From Planctomycetota bacterium (GTDB lineage Bacteria > Planctomycetota > B15-G4 > JADJEK01), in the NCBI GenBank assembly GCA_044225365.1, contig JBGAIQ010000024.1, positions 1-64,000 on the forward strand: a stretch of 64,000 nucleotides of DNA. The letters run 5' to 3'. Made by a program: the position numbers and the translations under genes. Of the stretch, positions 17,200-25,246 are shown piece by piece. The notes beneath the pieces are model-generated. The model was not told where the DNA came from. It saw only the letters and a program-made list of their open reading frames with translations, and searched no databases. The stretch's first letter is position 1; the number at the start of each line of letters is the position of its first letter.

Positions 17200-19473
17200 T
17201 CAGTTCTTGCTCGCCGTGCGAGCGATGTCGTCGCCCGAACCCTTCTCATCGGTGCCATTCGCACCCGCGGACCAGATGTTGTACTCCTTGCCACTCACCG
17301 AGTAGAGGTAGGCATTACCCCAGGGGTCCTTGGGCAATGCTCCGCCGTCCCAGACGCCGTGGGCGTAGTTCGCGAGCGGCTTCAGGAGGTCGTCGAGAGA
17401 GTTCGGAAGCCCATCGGTCTCGATTCGATAGAGGACGACGGTGGAACTCAGCTTGCGGATGTCGTCGCGTGCTCGGTCTTCGGGCGATGCTTCCGGCCGC
17501 GTCGGAGAGACGGCGACGGGTTCGTTCCCCGACATCACCATGTCCGACTGCTGGCCGGCGACGAAGATCCCGGCGCCCAGAGCGCCGACCAACACGAGTC
17601 CGACCGCCTCACCGCCGAACGGGCCATAACTCTCGAAGCGCGAGCCGTTCGGCGTGTTGACGGCGAAGCTCATGGAGCCGAAGAGGTGCTGCGAGATCGT
17701 TTCGCGCATCGGCGCGTTCTGGAAGTCGATCGGCACTTCGAAATCGGCCATACGGGTGAGAGTCGGCACCGTCGAGATGAAGATGTCGTAGAGCGATTCG
17801 AAGGTGTAGCGGGTGTCGTCGTAGGACAGCGCGACGATTCCATCCTTCGGAAGCTTTGCCGCGAAGCGCTGATAGTCCGGATTCGCCGTGATGTCGGTGA
17901 CTTCGCCCTTCTCGAGTCGCTTCATCTGCTGCTTGATCAGACCCGCCTCGGTCGAGACGTAGAGGTAGTCTCCCGCGACCGTGAACGCCGGTCGGATGAT
18001 CGCGAGTTCGCCGCCCAGACCGATCGAGTAGATGGTGTAACCCTTCTTCTGTTCGGTCTCGAGTTTGATCTTCTGGCCGAGCGCATTGCCAACGAACTCG
18101 ATCATCTTGGACATGGCTTCGACGACGCGATCGCCATTGCGCACTTGCATTGCCACGAGCATGGGCGGAACGCCGCCGAGCATGCTCGCTTTCTTCGGCG
18201 AGATCACCATGAATCCGGGGCCGATGTTCTGGAAGAGATCTTCGCGGAGCTTGATCGGATGCTCCGCGCCACCCACCTGCGCGCCGTACGACTCGAGGGT
18301 CTGAACGGCCATGGTGTGCATCTCCGGATCGACTTCATTCAGCGCGTCCATCGCGAAGTCATAGAGCGGCGTGAGATCGACGCTGCCGATCGAGAACGAC
18401 GACGCGTTGTCGGGGATCCACTTCAACTGATCCATGTTGATCGGACTGCACGACGACATCTTCATCAGGCCGGTGCGTTCACCCTTCACCACCATGAAGC
18501 CCGTGGTCTGCGAGACGCCATCGACACCTTGGAACGACGCGAGCATTGCCTTGAGCGCGCGGAAACCGCTCTTGTCGATGATCTTGTCGACGATCGCGCC
18601 CGAATTCTGCGTGTCGCCATGCGTCATCGCCATCACCATCTTCATTCCCGTCGCGCCGAAATCGACCAACGCTTCCATGTTGGCGAAGATTTGGAGCGAG
18701 TCCGGGCGATTCGGGCCGATCTCTTTTCGCGCGATCTGCCAGTTCGGATTCGCCTCGAGATTGGACTTCTCCGTCCCGTGCGCCCGAGCGAGGACGCCGA
18801 AGAGGGTGTTCTTGCTGAGGGAGAAGAGCTGGAGACCTCCGACCTCGGCGAACAGGAACGGAGGGCGCTTGGCCTCGTCACCACCGCGCAGCGCCTGATA
18901 TTCGATGTCGCCGTCCTTCACGGACTCGAACTTGAGGTCGGACGCGCCCGCGGAGGTTGCGCCGCGCATCACGAGTTCCTTCGCCATCGCAATCCAGTCG
19001 GGTGCACCCTGCCGGCGCTCGAGTCCGATCACGAATCCGATGTCCGGCATCGAGTGATTCGCGTCGGGGAGCGTGATGTGGGTGAGCGCGACGAAGCACC
19101 GGCCGTACGAACCGGCGGTCATCTTCTCGATCGAGAAGTCGAAGTCCTCGAATCCCTTCTCCTTCTTCACGCGATCGGCGAGCTTCTTCGCCATCTCCTT
19201 CGCGGCCGCGATCGGCTTCTCGAGGAACTTCTCGACCTCCGCTTCGGCCATGATCTTGCCCATCGGCAAGGACGCAGCCGTCTTCTGATACTCGCTCGCG
19301 TCGTTCAGATAGGCTGCGAAGAGGGTGGACGGCGGAAGGAGCTTCTCGACGGTGGGAACTTCATTCCCCCGACCGAACGCACTGGAACCGCAAAGACTCG
19401 CGGGAAGAACGACGGTTGCGAATACAGCGACTCGCAGACGGATTCTCAGGGTCGTGATCATCGAAACACTCAT
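17200..19473 (-). CDS. Exported DUF3352-like protein with a C-terminal GspG-type pseudopilin head
   Basis: Signal peptide, LLPPSTLFAA and WIPDNASSF repeats typical of DUF3352-like proteins, a hydrophobic helix, then LYRIETDGLPNSLDDL...LPKDPWGNAYLY...IWSAGANG...DDI. Confidence 0.75.
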   Translation of the reverse strand: MSVSMITTLRIRLRVAVFATVVLPASLCGSSAFGRGNEVPTVEKLLPPSTLFAAYLNDASEYQKTAASLPMGKIMAEAEVEKFLEKPIAAAKEMAKKLADRVKKEKGFEDFDFSIEKMTAGSYGRCFVALTHITLPDANHSMPDIGFVIGLERRQGAPDWIAMAKELVMRGATSAGASDLKFESVKDGDIEYQALRGGDEAKRPPFLFAEVGGLQLFSLSKNTLFGVLARAHGTEKSNLEANPNWQIARKEIGPNRPDSLQIFANMEALVDFGATGMKMVMAMTHGDTQNSGAIVDKIIDKSGFRALKAMLASFQGVDGVSQTTGFMVVKGERTGLMKMSSCSPINMDQLKWIPDNASSFSIGSVDLTPLYDFAMDALNEVDPEMHTMAVQTLESYGAQVGGAEHPIKLREDLFQNIGPGFMVISPKKASMLGGVPPMLVAMQVRNGDRVVEAMSKMIEFVGNALGQKIKLETEQKKGYTIYSIGLGGELAIIRPAFTVAGDYLYVSTEAGLIKQQMKRLEKGEVTDITANPDYQRFAAKLPKDGIVALSYDDTRYTFESLYDIFISTVPTLTRMADFEVPIDFQNAPMRETISQHLFGSMSFAVNTPNGSRFESYGPFGGEAVGLVLVGALGAGIFVAGQQSDMVMSGNEPVAVSPTRPEASPEDRARDDIRKLSSTVVLYRIETDGLPNSLDDLLKPLANYAHGVWDGGALPKDPWGNAYLYSVSGKEYNIWSAGANGTDEKGSGDDIARTASKN

Positions 19474-19594
19474 GGGTTCATCTCCGAGTCGGGACGTCTC
19501 TACGCCGCTGCTTTCGATTCATCGTTTTCTGTCATCGCCGCCCGCCAGCACGGCGGTCCCAAAGGACCTCGAGCGAGAGACGAGAGTGAACTGG

Positions 19595-19611
19595 TGCAAT
19601 CGCAGTGCCGA
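19595..19611 (-). promoter_or_regulatory. Sigma54 (-24/-12) promoter for the 17200-19473 gene
   Basis: Minus strand TCGGCAC-TGCGA-TTGCA gives exact GG-N10-GC spacing, ~120 bp upstream of the ATG. Confidence 0.65.
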
Positions 19612-19772
19612 GAATGGGACCGCACGAGTCTAGGCCCAAGTTTGGCTTTGGCTACCGAAAGCAAGCTCGCGGGCTGGACTCTAATTGGGGTTCTAGAACT
19701 GGACACTCATGGGGAGAGTACGACGACGAGTTCCGGTCGAACCGAAGAAGGGTTCTACCGGATCGGTCGAGC

Positions 19773-19787
19773 GTGCCGAATCGGCAC
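19773..19787. promoter_or_regulatory. Perfect palindrome GTGCCGA-A-TCGGCAC, candidate enhancer-binding-protein site
   Basis: About 160-175 bp upstream of the sigma54 motif, a typical distance for an upstream activator sequence. Confidence 0.4.
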
Positions 19788-19791
19788 AAAT

Positions 19792-19820
19792 CGCCGACCC
19801 AGCGATTCGCTCGGTCGGCG
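19792..19820 (-). terminator. Probable intrinsic terminator hairpin after the 19839-21326 gene
   Basis: CGCCGACC...GGTCGGCG stem with an inner AGCGA/TCGCT pairing, followed by a weak ATTTGT on the minus strand. Confidence 0.45.
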
Positions 19821-19838
19821 TTCCATGCGGGATCGGAA

Positions 19839-21326
19839 TCAGCCTTGTTGCTTCGTCTCGGCGAAGTCGTTGAAGGTGTCCTCTGCGGCGATCAACGCCT
19901 TCTCGAGCTTCTTGAACGCCTTCCCGATCTTCCCCTTGTTCTTGAGCGCCGTCAGGACGTCGTCGAAGGCCGTCTTCACTTCCGGCTTGACCTTGTCGCT
20001 CTTGAGATAGGCGACGACGAGGCCGGCCTGCAGGATCGACTGCTCGCTGACGGTGTAGCTGCCGACGAACACTTTGAGTCCGGTCAACGCTCCCTTCTGT
20101 CGAAGGACGTCGCGACTCCAGTTGAAGTACTTGGGGTTGTTCCAGCGCTCGATGTAGCAGGCGAAGCCATCGACGAACCACGCGGGTGGAACGTCCGTGG
20201 CGTCCTTCCCGACCAACCGCTGCACGTACTGCTCGGCGAGCGCATGGCGCGCGAAAATGTCGGTGAGGACGTCCTTGTTCTGCTTGTCGCGGTAATACAT
20301 CGAAACCGAGACCATGTCGAACCCGTCCGGGTTCTGCGGGAGCCACGGCGTGCACCACGCATAGTAGTTCGAGGTCTTCACATCGCCACCGAGCGAGTTG
20401 GCGAGCTGATTCGACTCCTCGACGTTCGCCGTGATGTACACCGGCATCAACTTGCCGTGGAGTTGCGGTTCGCCACCCACGAATCCAGCGCAGTCGCGAT
20501 ACGCGCGCTCGGCTTCGATGAGGACTCGCTCGCCGAGGTCGATTCCCTTGTCGGTGAGGATCATCACGTGCTCGCCCTCGGCGCGGTAGGGCGTCGAGAT
20601 GTTGGCGTAGAACTTCTCGGCGTCAGCCTTGGGGAGCCACTTGCCATCGACCAGGTACTCACCCTTCAGCTTGTGCTCCTTGGTCTCTTCGCGAAGCTTC
20701 GCCTCGGCCTCCGCCTTGTCCTTCTCCTTCTTGTTCACCCACTGGCCGTCGATCAGAACTTCGCCCTTCTCGGCATGCTCCGCGGCCTCCTTGGCCTCGG
20801 GCGTCATCCACTTGCCCTTGTACTGCACCATGCCCTTCGCCTTCATGTCGGCGTCGGACTCGCCACTCGCGGAACTACCGGCACCGGCAGCGGCGGGTGC
20901 CTTCTTGGCGTCGGCCTCACTCACCCACTTGCCATCGACCTTTGTGAAGCCAAGTTCTTTGCGAGCGTTCTCGTGGTCCGGATTGACCTTGATGATCTCC
21001 TTCAGGATGTCCTTCGATTTCGCAACGAGCTTCTGCTCCTTCGCGAAGACGAAGAGGTCCCAGAGTTGATCCGCGTTCTTTGGATCGATCGTTGCGCGCT
21101 TGGCGGCGAGTTCCTGCTCCGGGGTCTTCTTCGCTTCGATATGGTCGACATCCGCCGAGTTGAACTCCGACGTTCCGAGTTTCGTCTTCACGACGACCTT
21201 GGAGGCGTTCTTCTCGACGACTTCGCCTTCGACCTTTCGGCCATCCTTCAGATGGACGATGTCGGCGTGCGCGGCCGCGGCGACGATCAGGATGGCGGCA
21301 AATGGAACCAGTTTGGAGATCTTCAT
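19839..21326 (-). CDS. Secreted hypothetical protein with four G(K/Q)W repeats and a degenerate DUF1570/peptidase-MA-like domain
   Basis: Signal peptide AAAAHA|DIVHLKDGRKVEG; repeats VDGKW, YKGKW, IDGQW, VDGKW; RHALAEQ...PAWFVDGFACYIE. Confidence 0.7.
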   Translation of the reverse strand: MKISKLVPFAAILIVAAAAHADIVHLKDGRKVEGEVVEKNASKVVVKTKLGTSEFNSADVDHIEAKKTPEQELAAKRATIDPKNADQLWDLFVFAKEQKLVAKSKDILKEIIKVNPDHENARKELGFTKVDGKWVSEADAKKAPAAAGAGSSASGESDADMKAKGMVQYKGKWMTPEAKEAAEHAEKGEVLIDGQWVNKKEKDKAEAEAKLREETKEHKLKGEYLVDGKWLPKADAEKFYANISTPYRAEGEHVMILTDKGIDLGERVLIEAERAYRDCAGFVGGEPQLHGKLMPVYITANVEESNQLANSLGGDVKTSNYYAWCTPWLPQNPDGFDMVSVSMYYRDKQNKDVLTDIFARHALAEQYVQRLVGKDATDVPPAWFVDGFACYIERWNNPKYFNWSRDVLRQKGALTGLKVFVGSYTVSEQSILQAGLVVAYLKSDKVKPEVKTAFDDVLTALKNKGKIGKAFKKLEKALIAAEDTFNDFAETKQQG

Positions 21327-21976
21327 TGTCGTTGGCTCTCGACTGCAGCTTCAGCGTGGCTGCGGAACGGGTACTCCCGCGATTCGTTGTGCGGGGAAGA
21401 AGTTGGTGTGTTGGCGAGGAACTTCGGCCAGGAGTCTTTTCGGACGCCTTTGGGAATCGACTCGTAGGGCACCCATCGCGGCCGCATCGGCGAACGCAGC
21501 AGCGTCATTCCTGCGTCCTCCGGTGTCCGATTGCTCTTGCGAAGGTTGCACGCAATGCAGGCGAGCACGCAGTTCGTCCAGGAAGTGATTCCGCCGAGGG
21601 ACTTCGGCTTCACGTGATCGATCGAGAGCTTCTCGATCCCGGGACGCTTCCCGCAGTACTGGCAGGTGTTCTGGTCGCGCCGATAGAGGTTCTTGCGCGT
21701 GAAGGGTACGTGCGGGACCGCCGGGCGATCGCAATCGCGAAGCACGATCACTTCGGGAACGCGCAGCGAGCGCGTGACGAGTCGGATCGACTGTGGGTGC
21801 TCTCCGCGCAAACGCAGCCATGAGTTGAAGTCGTGGATCTCGTAGGTCTCGGGGGCGATGATCCGCGCCGCGTCGCGGCACACGAGCAACAACGCGCGGC
21901 GAACGGAGACCACGTTCACCGCCGTCCAGTAACGGTTGAGCACGAGCGTCGGCTCTTCGAGCGCCGAGTTCATCAT
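21323..21976 (-). CDS. HNH endonuclease (McrA-like, widespread type)
   Basis: TLVLN, PEVIVL, RDQNTCQYCG, SIDHVKPKSLGG, NCVLACIACNLRK. Confidence 0.92.
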   Translation of the reverse strand: MMNSALEEPTLVLNRYWTAVNVVSVRRALLLVCRDAARIIAPETYEIHDFNSWLRLRGEHPQSIRLVTRSLRVPEVIVLRDCDRPAVPHVPFTRKNLYRRDQNTCQYCGKRPGIEKLSIDHVKPKSLGGITSWTNCVLACIACNLRKSNRTPEDAGMTLLRSPMRPRWVPYESIPKGVRKDSWPKFLANTPTSSPHNESREYPFRSHAEAAVESQRQ

Positions 21977-22215
21977 GAATCGGACAGCATCCTTCACACG
22001 ATGGAGCGCTTGCGGATTCTATATGACCGTTCACGATTCCGCCAGGTTACGAGACCGCGCGAGAGCCGCTCAGGCAAGGAGGACCGACGAAGCGACGGAG
22101 CGAAAACAGTCGGTGAGGAGATCCGACGATGCATGCGCGGCTCGAACGGTCGGAGGCCTTGCCGAATCGTGAACGGTCCTTTAGTCGATTCTCGGAAATC
22201 GGGAAGTCCTCGCCG

Positions 22216-22830
22216 TCACATGCGATGATCGCTCGTCTTGCGATCGATCGAGACGAGCAGTTCACGGTACAGCGTGTTGATCTCCACGAAGCGTCGTTCG
22301 AACTCGATACGCTCGGTTTCGGACGATCGCAGGAACCGATCGGGATGATTTTCACGCACGAACTTGCGGTAGCGCTTGCGAACCTCTTCAAATCCGATCG
22401 CTTCCGGGAGTTCGAGTCTGTGAAGCAGCGCCAAGTCCTTCGGCGTCCACACGAGAACGATCCGTGGACGCGCGAGGTTCCCGTCGGTAGCTCTAGGCGC
22501 GCGATGGGGACTCTTGGACGGTTCTCGACGATACTTGGGGCTCGGACGCAGCGAGCTCGCCGCTTTCTGCGCCGATCCGCCGGGCGGCGCCGCGAGGAAG
22601 TTGCGAAGGACGCGCAGGAGTCCCGGTTCGCCACGAAGTTCCTCGATGTTGCGCACCGCGAACGGTCGATCGATTCGCATTTCGGCAACGAGCGGCATGG
22701 CGCAAGCCGTGCATGTCATCGTGTAGTAGGGTCCACCCCGGCGTTCCGAACGTGCATGCAGGATTCCGACCCGCATGGCCTGTTCATGGTGGATCCTCTC
22801 GCCACAACCCGGACACCGGCACGAATTCAC
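22216..22830 (-). CDS. Zn-ribbon plus C-terminal J-domain protein
   Basis: GTG after GAGGA; CPGC...CTAC; EVRKRYRKFVRENHPDRF...FVEINTLY J-domain with HPD. Confidence 0.75.
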   Translation of the reverse strand: MNSCRCPGCGERIHHEQAMRVGILHARSERRGGPYYTMTCTACAMPLVAEMRIDRPFAVRNIEELRGEPGLLRVLRNFLAAPPGGSAQKAASSLRPSPKYRREPSKSPHRAPRATDGNLARPRIVLVWTPKDLALLHRLELPEAIGFEEVRKRYRKFVRENHPDRFLRSSETERIEFERRFVEINTLYRELLVSIDRKTSDHRM

Positions 22831-23060
22831 TACGCGTCCTCGACTCGTCCGACCTTGGCGAATCAAACTGCCGCCGTTATGGTAGCCTTCTCGATTCGTC
22901 GACGGCGCGGGAGATTTGCGCTGCGTTCGCTGCACGCAGCGATTCCGTGAGCATTCGATCGATCGTCACGAGGAGAGTGGCAGGAAGCGTCTCCTGCCGC
23001 AATCCGCCGAGCGCGTCGTCGCGCGCCTTCTTTTCTGGCTTCGGACATTGGGTTCCCTCC

Positions 23061-24065
23061 ATGAGCAACGTATCGCCTGGAAATCGCGTCGAAATCTCCG
23101 ACTTGCTCGAGGCGACCTTTTGGGAAGCCAACAAGTTTCGCATCGCACTCGTCGTCGGCGTGATCGTCGTCGGGATCCTGGGATGGGTTGGTTGGTCGAG
23201 TCGAATCGCGGCGACGGAAGCCGCCAGTTGGTCTGCGGTGGTCGACGAGCAATTCCAGCCGCGCCCGAACATCGAGCTGTCCGACTCCCTGAAGAAAAGC
23301 GCTGCCGGTCCTTGGGCGCTCTATCTCGCCGCGCGCAATGCTTTCGAGCAGAACAAGTTGGACGATGCCGAGAGGATCCTGAACGAGTTGAAGGGCGGCT
23401 CGGGTTACGCCCAAGTGAATCGCGACCAGCGCGTCGATCGCTTGCTCGAGGACGTGAAGTCCGAAATCAACTTCAAGAAGGCCAACCCGGGCACGAAGGC
23501 GTCTACCACGTATCCAGATGGGCGTATCTTGACACTAAAATCCGACGCCGGTGATATCAAGATCGGACTCGCCTCGGACACCTTCCCCACACTCGCTTCG
23601 AGGTTCCTGAAGCTGTGCCGGAACTCGGCGCTCGCCAAGAACGGTTTCGCACAGGCGACTCCCAGCGACAGCCTGGAGGCAACGATTGAGCCTGAAAACG
23701 CTGCGGACTGCGATCCTGCCAACATTTCATGGACGGCAGCAGAGAGCCAACTGGTCCGGACCGGCAAGGCTCTGGCCCATGGCAAGGGTGCGGTGACGAT
23801 GGAGTTCACTCCGGCCAAGAAGGCGGAAGAGGGCGCGGTCAAGCCAGAAAACGCGGCCGATTCCAAAGGTTCGATCCGCCTCACCATCCAGCTGGGTGAG
23901 CGGCCAGCTCGCGGAACTCGTTCAATCGTAGTTGGTTACGTTCAATCGTCGCTGGAGACCCTGATCGAGGTCTCGAAGCGGAAGCAAACGGACGCGGGCA
24001 AGATCGACCCACCACTGACGGTGACAGCTACGGAGGAGGGCGCCGACCTCAAGGCGATTCCGTAA
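23061..24065 (+). CDS. Membrane-anchored YfgM/TPR-like protein with a degenerate cyclophilin-fold domain
   Basis: FWEANKFRIALVVGVIVVG TM, TPR-like ALYLAARNAFEQNKLDDAERIL, then LKSDAGDIKIGL...PTLASRFLKL, HGKGAVTM, VVGYV. Confidence 0.65.
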   Translation: MSNVSPGNRVEISDLLEATFWEANKFRIALVVGVIVVGILGWVGWSSRIAATEAASWSAVVDEQFQPRPNIELSDSLKKSAAGPWALYLAARNAFEQNKLDDAERILNELKGGSGYAQVNRDQRVDRLLEDVKSEINFKKANPGTKASTTYPDGRILTLKSDAGDIKIGLASDTFPTLASRFLKLCRNSALAKNGFAQATPSDSLEATIEPENAADCDPANISWTAAESQLVRTGKALAHGKGAVTMEFTPAKKAEEGAVKPENAADSKGSIRLTIQLGERPARGTRSIVVGYVQSSLETLIEVSKRKQTDAGKIDPPLTVTATEEGADLKAIP

Positions 24066-24098
24066 CGGCCGGTCGCCGAACTCGGTCGAGATCTTCTG

Positions 24099-24141
24099 GG
24101 GGCCCGAGGCTGGCGAACTCGCTTCGCTGCCCACGGGCCCC
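24099..24141. terminator. GC-rich hairpin between convergent genes
   Basis: GGGGCCCG...CGGGCCCC arms with an inner GCGAA/TTCGC stem; no U-tract. Confidence 0.3.
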
Positions 24142-24154
24142 GATTCGCTCAGGC

Positions 24155-25087
24155 TCATTCCAATTCGAATTCGTTGAACCGACTGCCACTCTGACGAGGG
24201 GGGAGCGATGCGTTTTCGAGTTGCTCCATCAGATGATCGAATTCCCTACGCGAAGCGCAGCGGAACACGATGTCGCCACCTCGGAGGTCCTTCGAATGAA
24301 CCTCGACGGTCACATTCCACTTCGCCTTGAGGCGCGATGCGATCTCCTCGCACGCGGCCTCCGTCGCCGAGGGTTCCCGGCGAAGTTCGGTTCGGGTCGT
24401 CCCGCCTGACTTTCCAGAGACAAGCCCACGGACCAGCGCCTCGGTCGCTCGCACGCTCAGCCCATCTCGTATCACCTGAGTGAGGAGAAGATCGAAATCG
24501 GGGCGCTTTGCAACCGGTAACAATGCACGGCCATGTCCCGCGGAAATGGTTCCACGTGAAACAGCGTCGGCCGCGGCCTCGGGAAGATCGAGTAGGCGCA
24601 GCGAATTCGAAACGGTCGATCGCTCCTTTCCCACTTTCTCCGCCACCTGATCATGGGTCAGACCGAATTCATGCAGGAGTCGGCCGTACGCTTGCGCCTC
24701 TTCGATCGCGTTGAGGTTCTCGCGCTGGATGTTTTCGATCAGCGCGAGAACGAGCTGGTCCGAATGAGGAAGCGCGCGGACGATCGCCGGAATCCGCTCC
24801 TTCCCAAGAGCGCGAAAGGCGCGCAATCGGCGCTCTCCGGCCACCAGAACGTAACCGTCTCCATCGCGGCGCACGACGATCGGCTGGAGCAGCCCATGCG
24901 CCGCAATCGAATCCGCCAATTCGCGGATCGAAGCCTCAATGAACTCCGTCCGGGGCTGATCCGGGTTCGCACGAACGGACGAAACCAGGATCTCGAGGGG
25001 AGTTCCCGCCTCGTCGCGCACTGTGGCGGGCGGCGGCGTACCTCGTCCCATGAGAGCATCGAGACCTCGGGCAAGTCGCTTTTCCAT
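24155..25087 (-). CDS. parB: Chromosome partitioning protein ParB/Spo0J
   Basis: LARGLDAL, NPDQPR, GLLQPIVVR, AGERRLRA, LIENIQRENL, RSTVSNSLRLL, GHGRALL. Confidence 0.96.
   Translation of the reverse strand: MEKRLARGLDALMGRGTPPPATVRDEAGTPLEILVSSVRANPDQPRTEFIEASIRELADSIAAHGLLQPIVVRRDGDGYVLVAGERRLRAFRALGKERIPAIVRALPHSDQLVLALIENIQRENLNAIEEAQAYGRLLHEFGLTHDQVAEKVGKERSTVSNSLRLLDLPEAAADAVSRGTISAGHGRALLPVAKRPDFDLLLTQVIRDGLSVRATEALVRGLVSGKSGGTTRTELRREPSATEAACEEIASRLKAKWNVTVEVHSKDLRGGDIVFRCASRREFDHLMEQLENASLPPRQSGSRFNEFELE
24548..24563. promoter_or_regulatory. parS centromere-like site inside parB
   Basis: GGTTCCACGTGAAACA versus consensus TGTTTCACGTGAAACA (14/16); about 12 kb from the dnaA-dnaN gap. 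Confidence 0.85.
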
Positions 25088-25150
25088 GAACGTCGCTCCT
25101 CGAGCCCAAACTTCGGCGCGATGTGCCGAGCATGGGCAGCGCCGATCCTA

Positions 25151-25186
25151 GCGACTTTCTGGGCGACTCTCCGGGCGACTCTCGGG
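25151..25186. repeat. Three tandem 12-bp direct repeats upstream of parB
   Basis: GCGACTTTCTGG / GCGACTCTCCGG / GCGACTCTCGGG, abutting a minus-strand TAGGAT (-10-like) at 25145-25150. Confidence 0.7.
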
Positions 25187-25246
25187 GAAAAAGCAGGGGA
25201 CCGATCTCGCGGATCGGCTGTCGCACGAGATGGCAACCGAGCGCGA

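Noticed and set aside
19553-19623. GCGGTCCCA/TGGGACCGC inverted repeat as a possible ncRNA
   Set aside because: No 6S, SRP or tmRNA hallmarks; it brackets the sigma54 motif and is better treated as promoter context.
17359-20010. 883-aa plus-strand ORF
   Set aside because: Antisense shadow of the real minus-strand gene; high GC3 keeps the opposite frame open, and it has no recognisable motifs.
21323-21976. HNH gene as a mobile or defence element
   Set aside because: Belongs to a widespread chromosomal HNH type with native codon usage; no flanking repeats, methylase or integrase.
25151-25186. Tandem repeats as a CRISPR array
   Set aside because: 12-bp contiguous units with no spacers and no cas genes.
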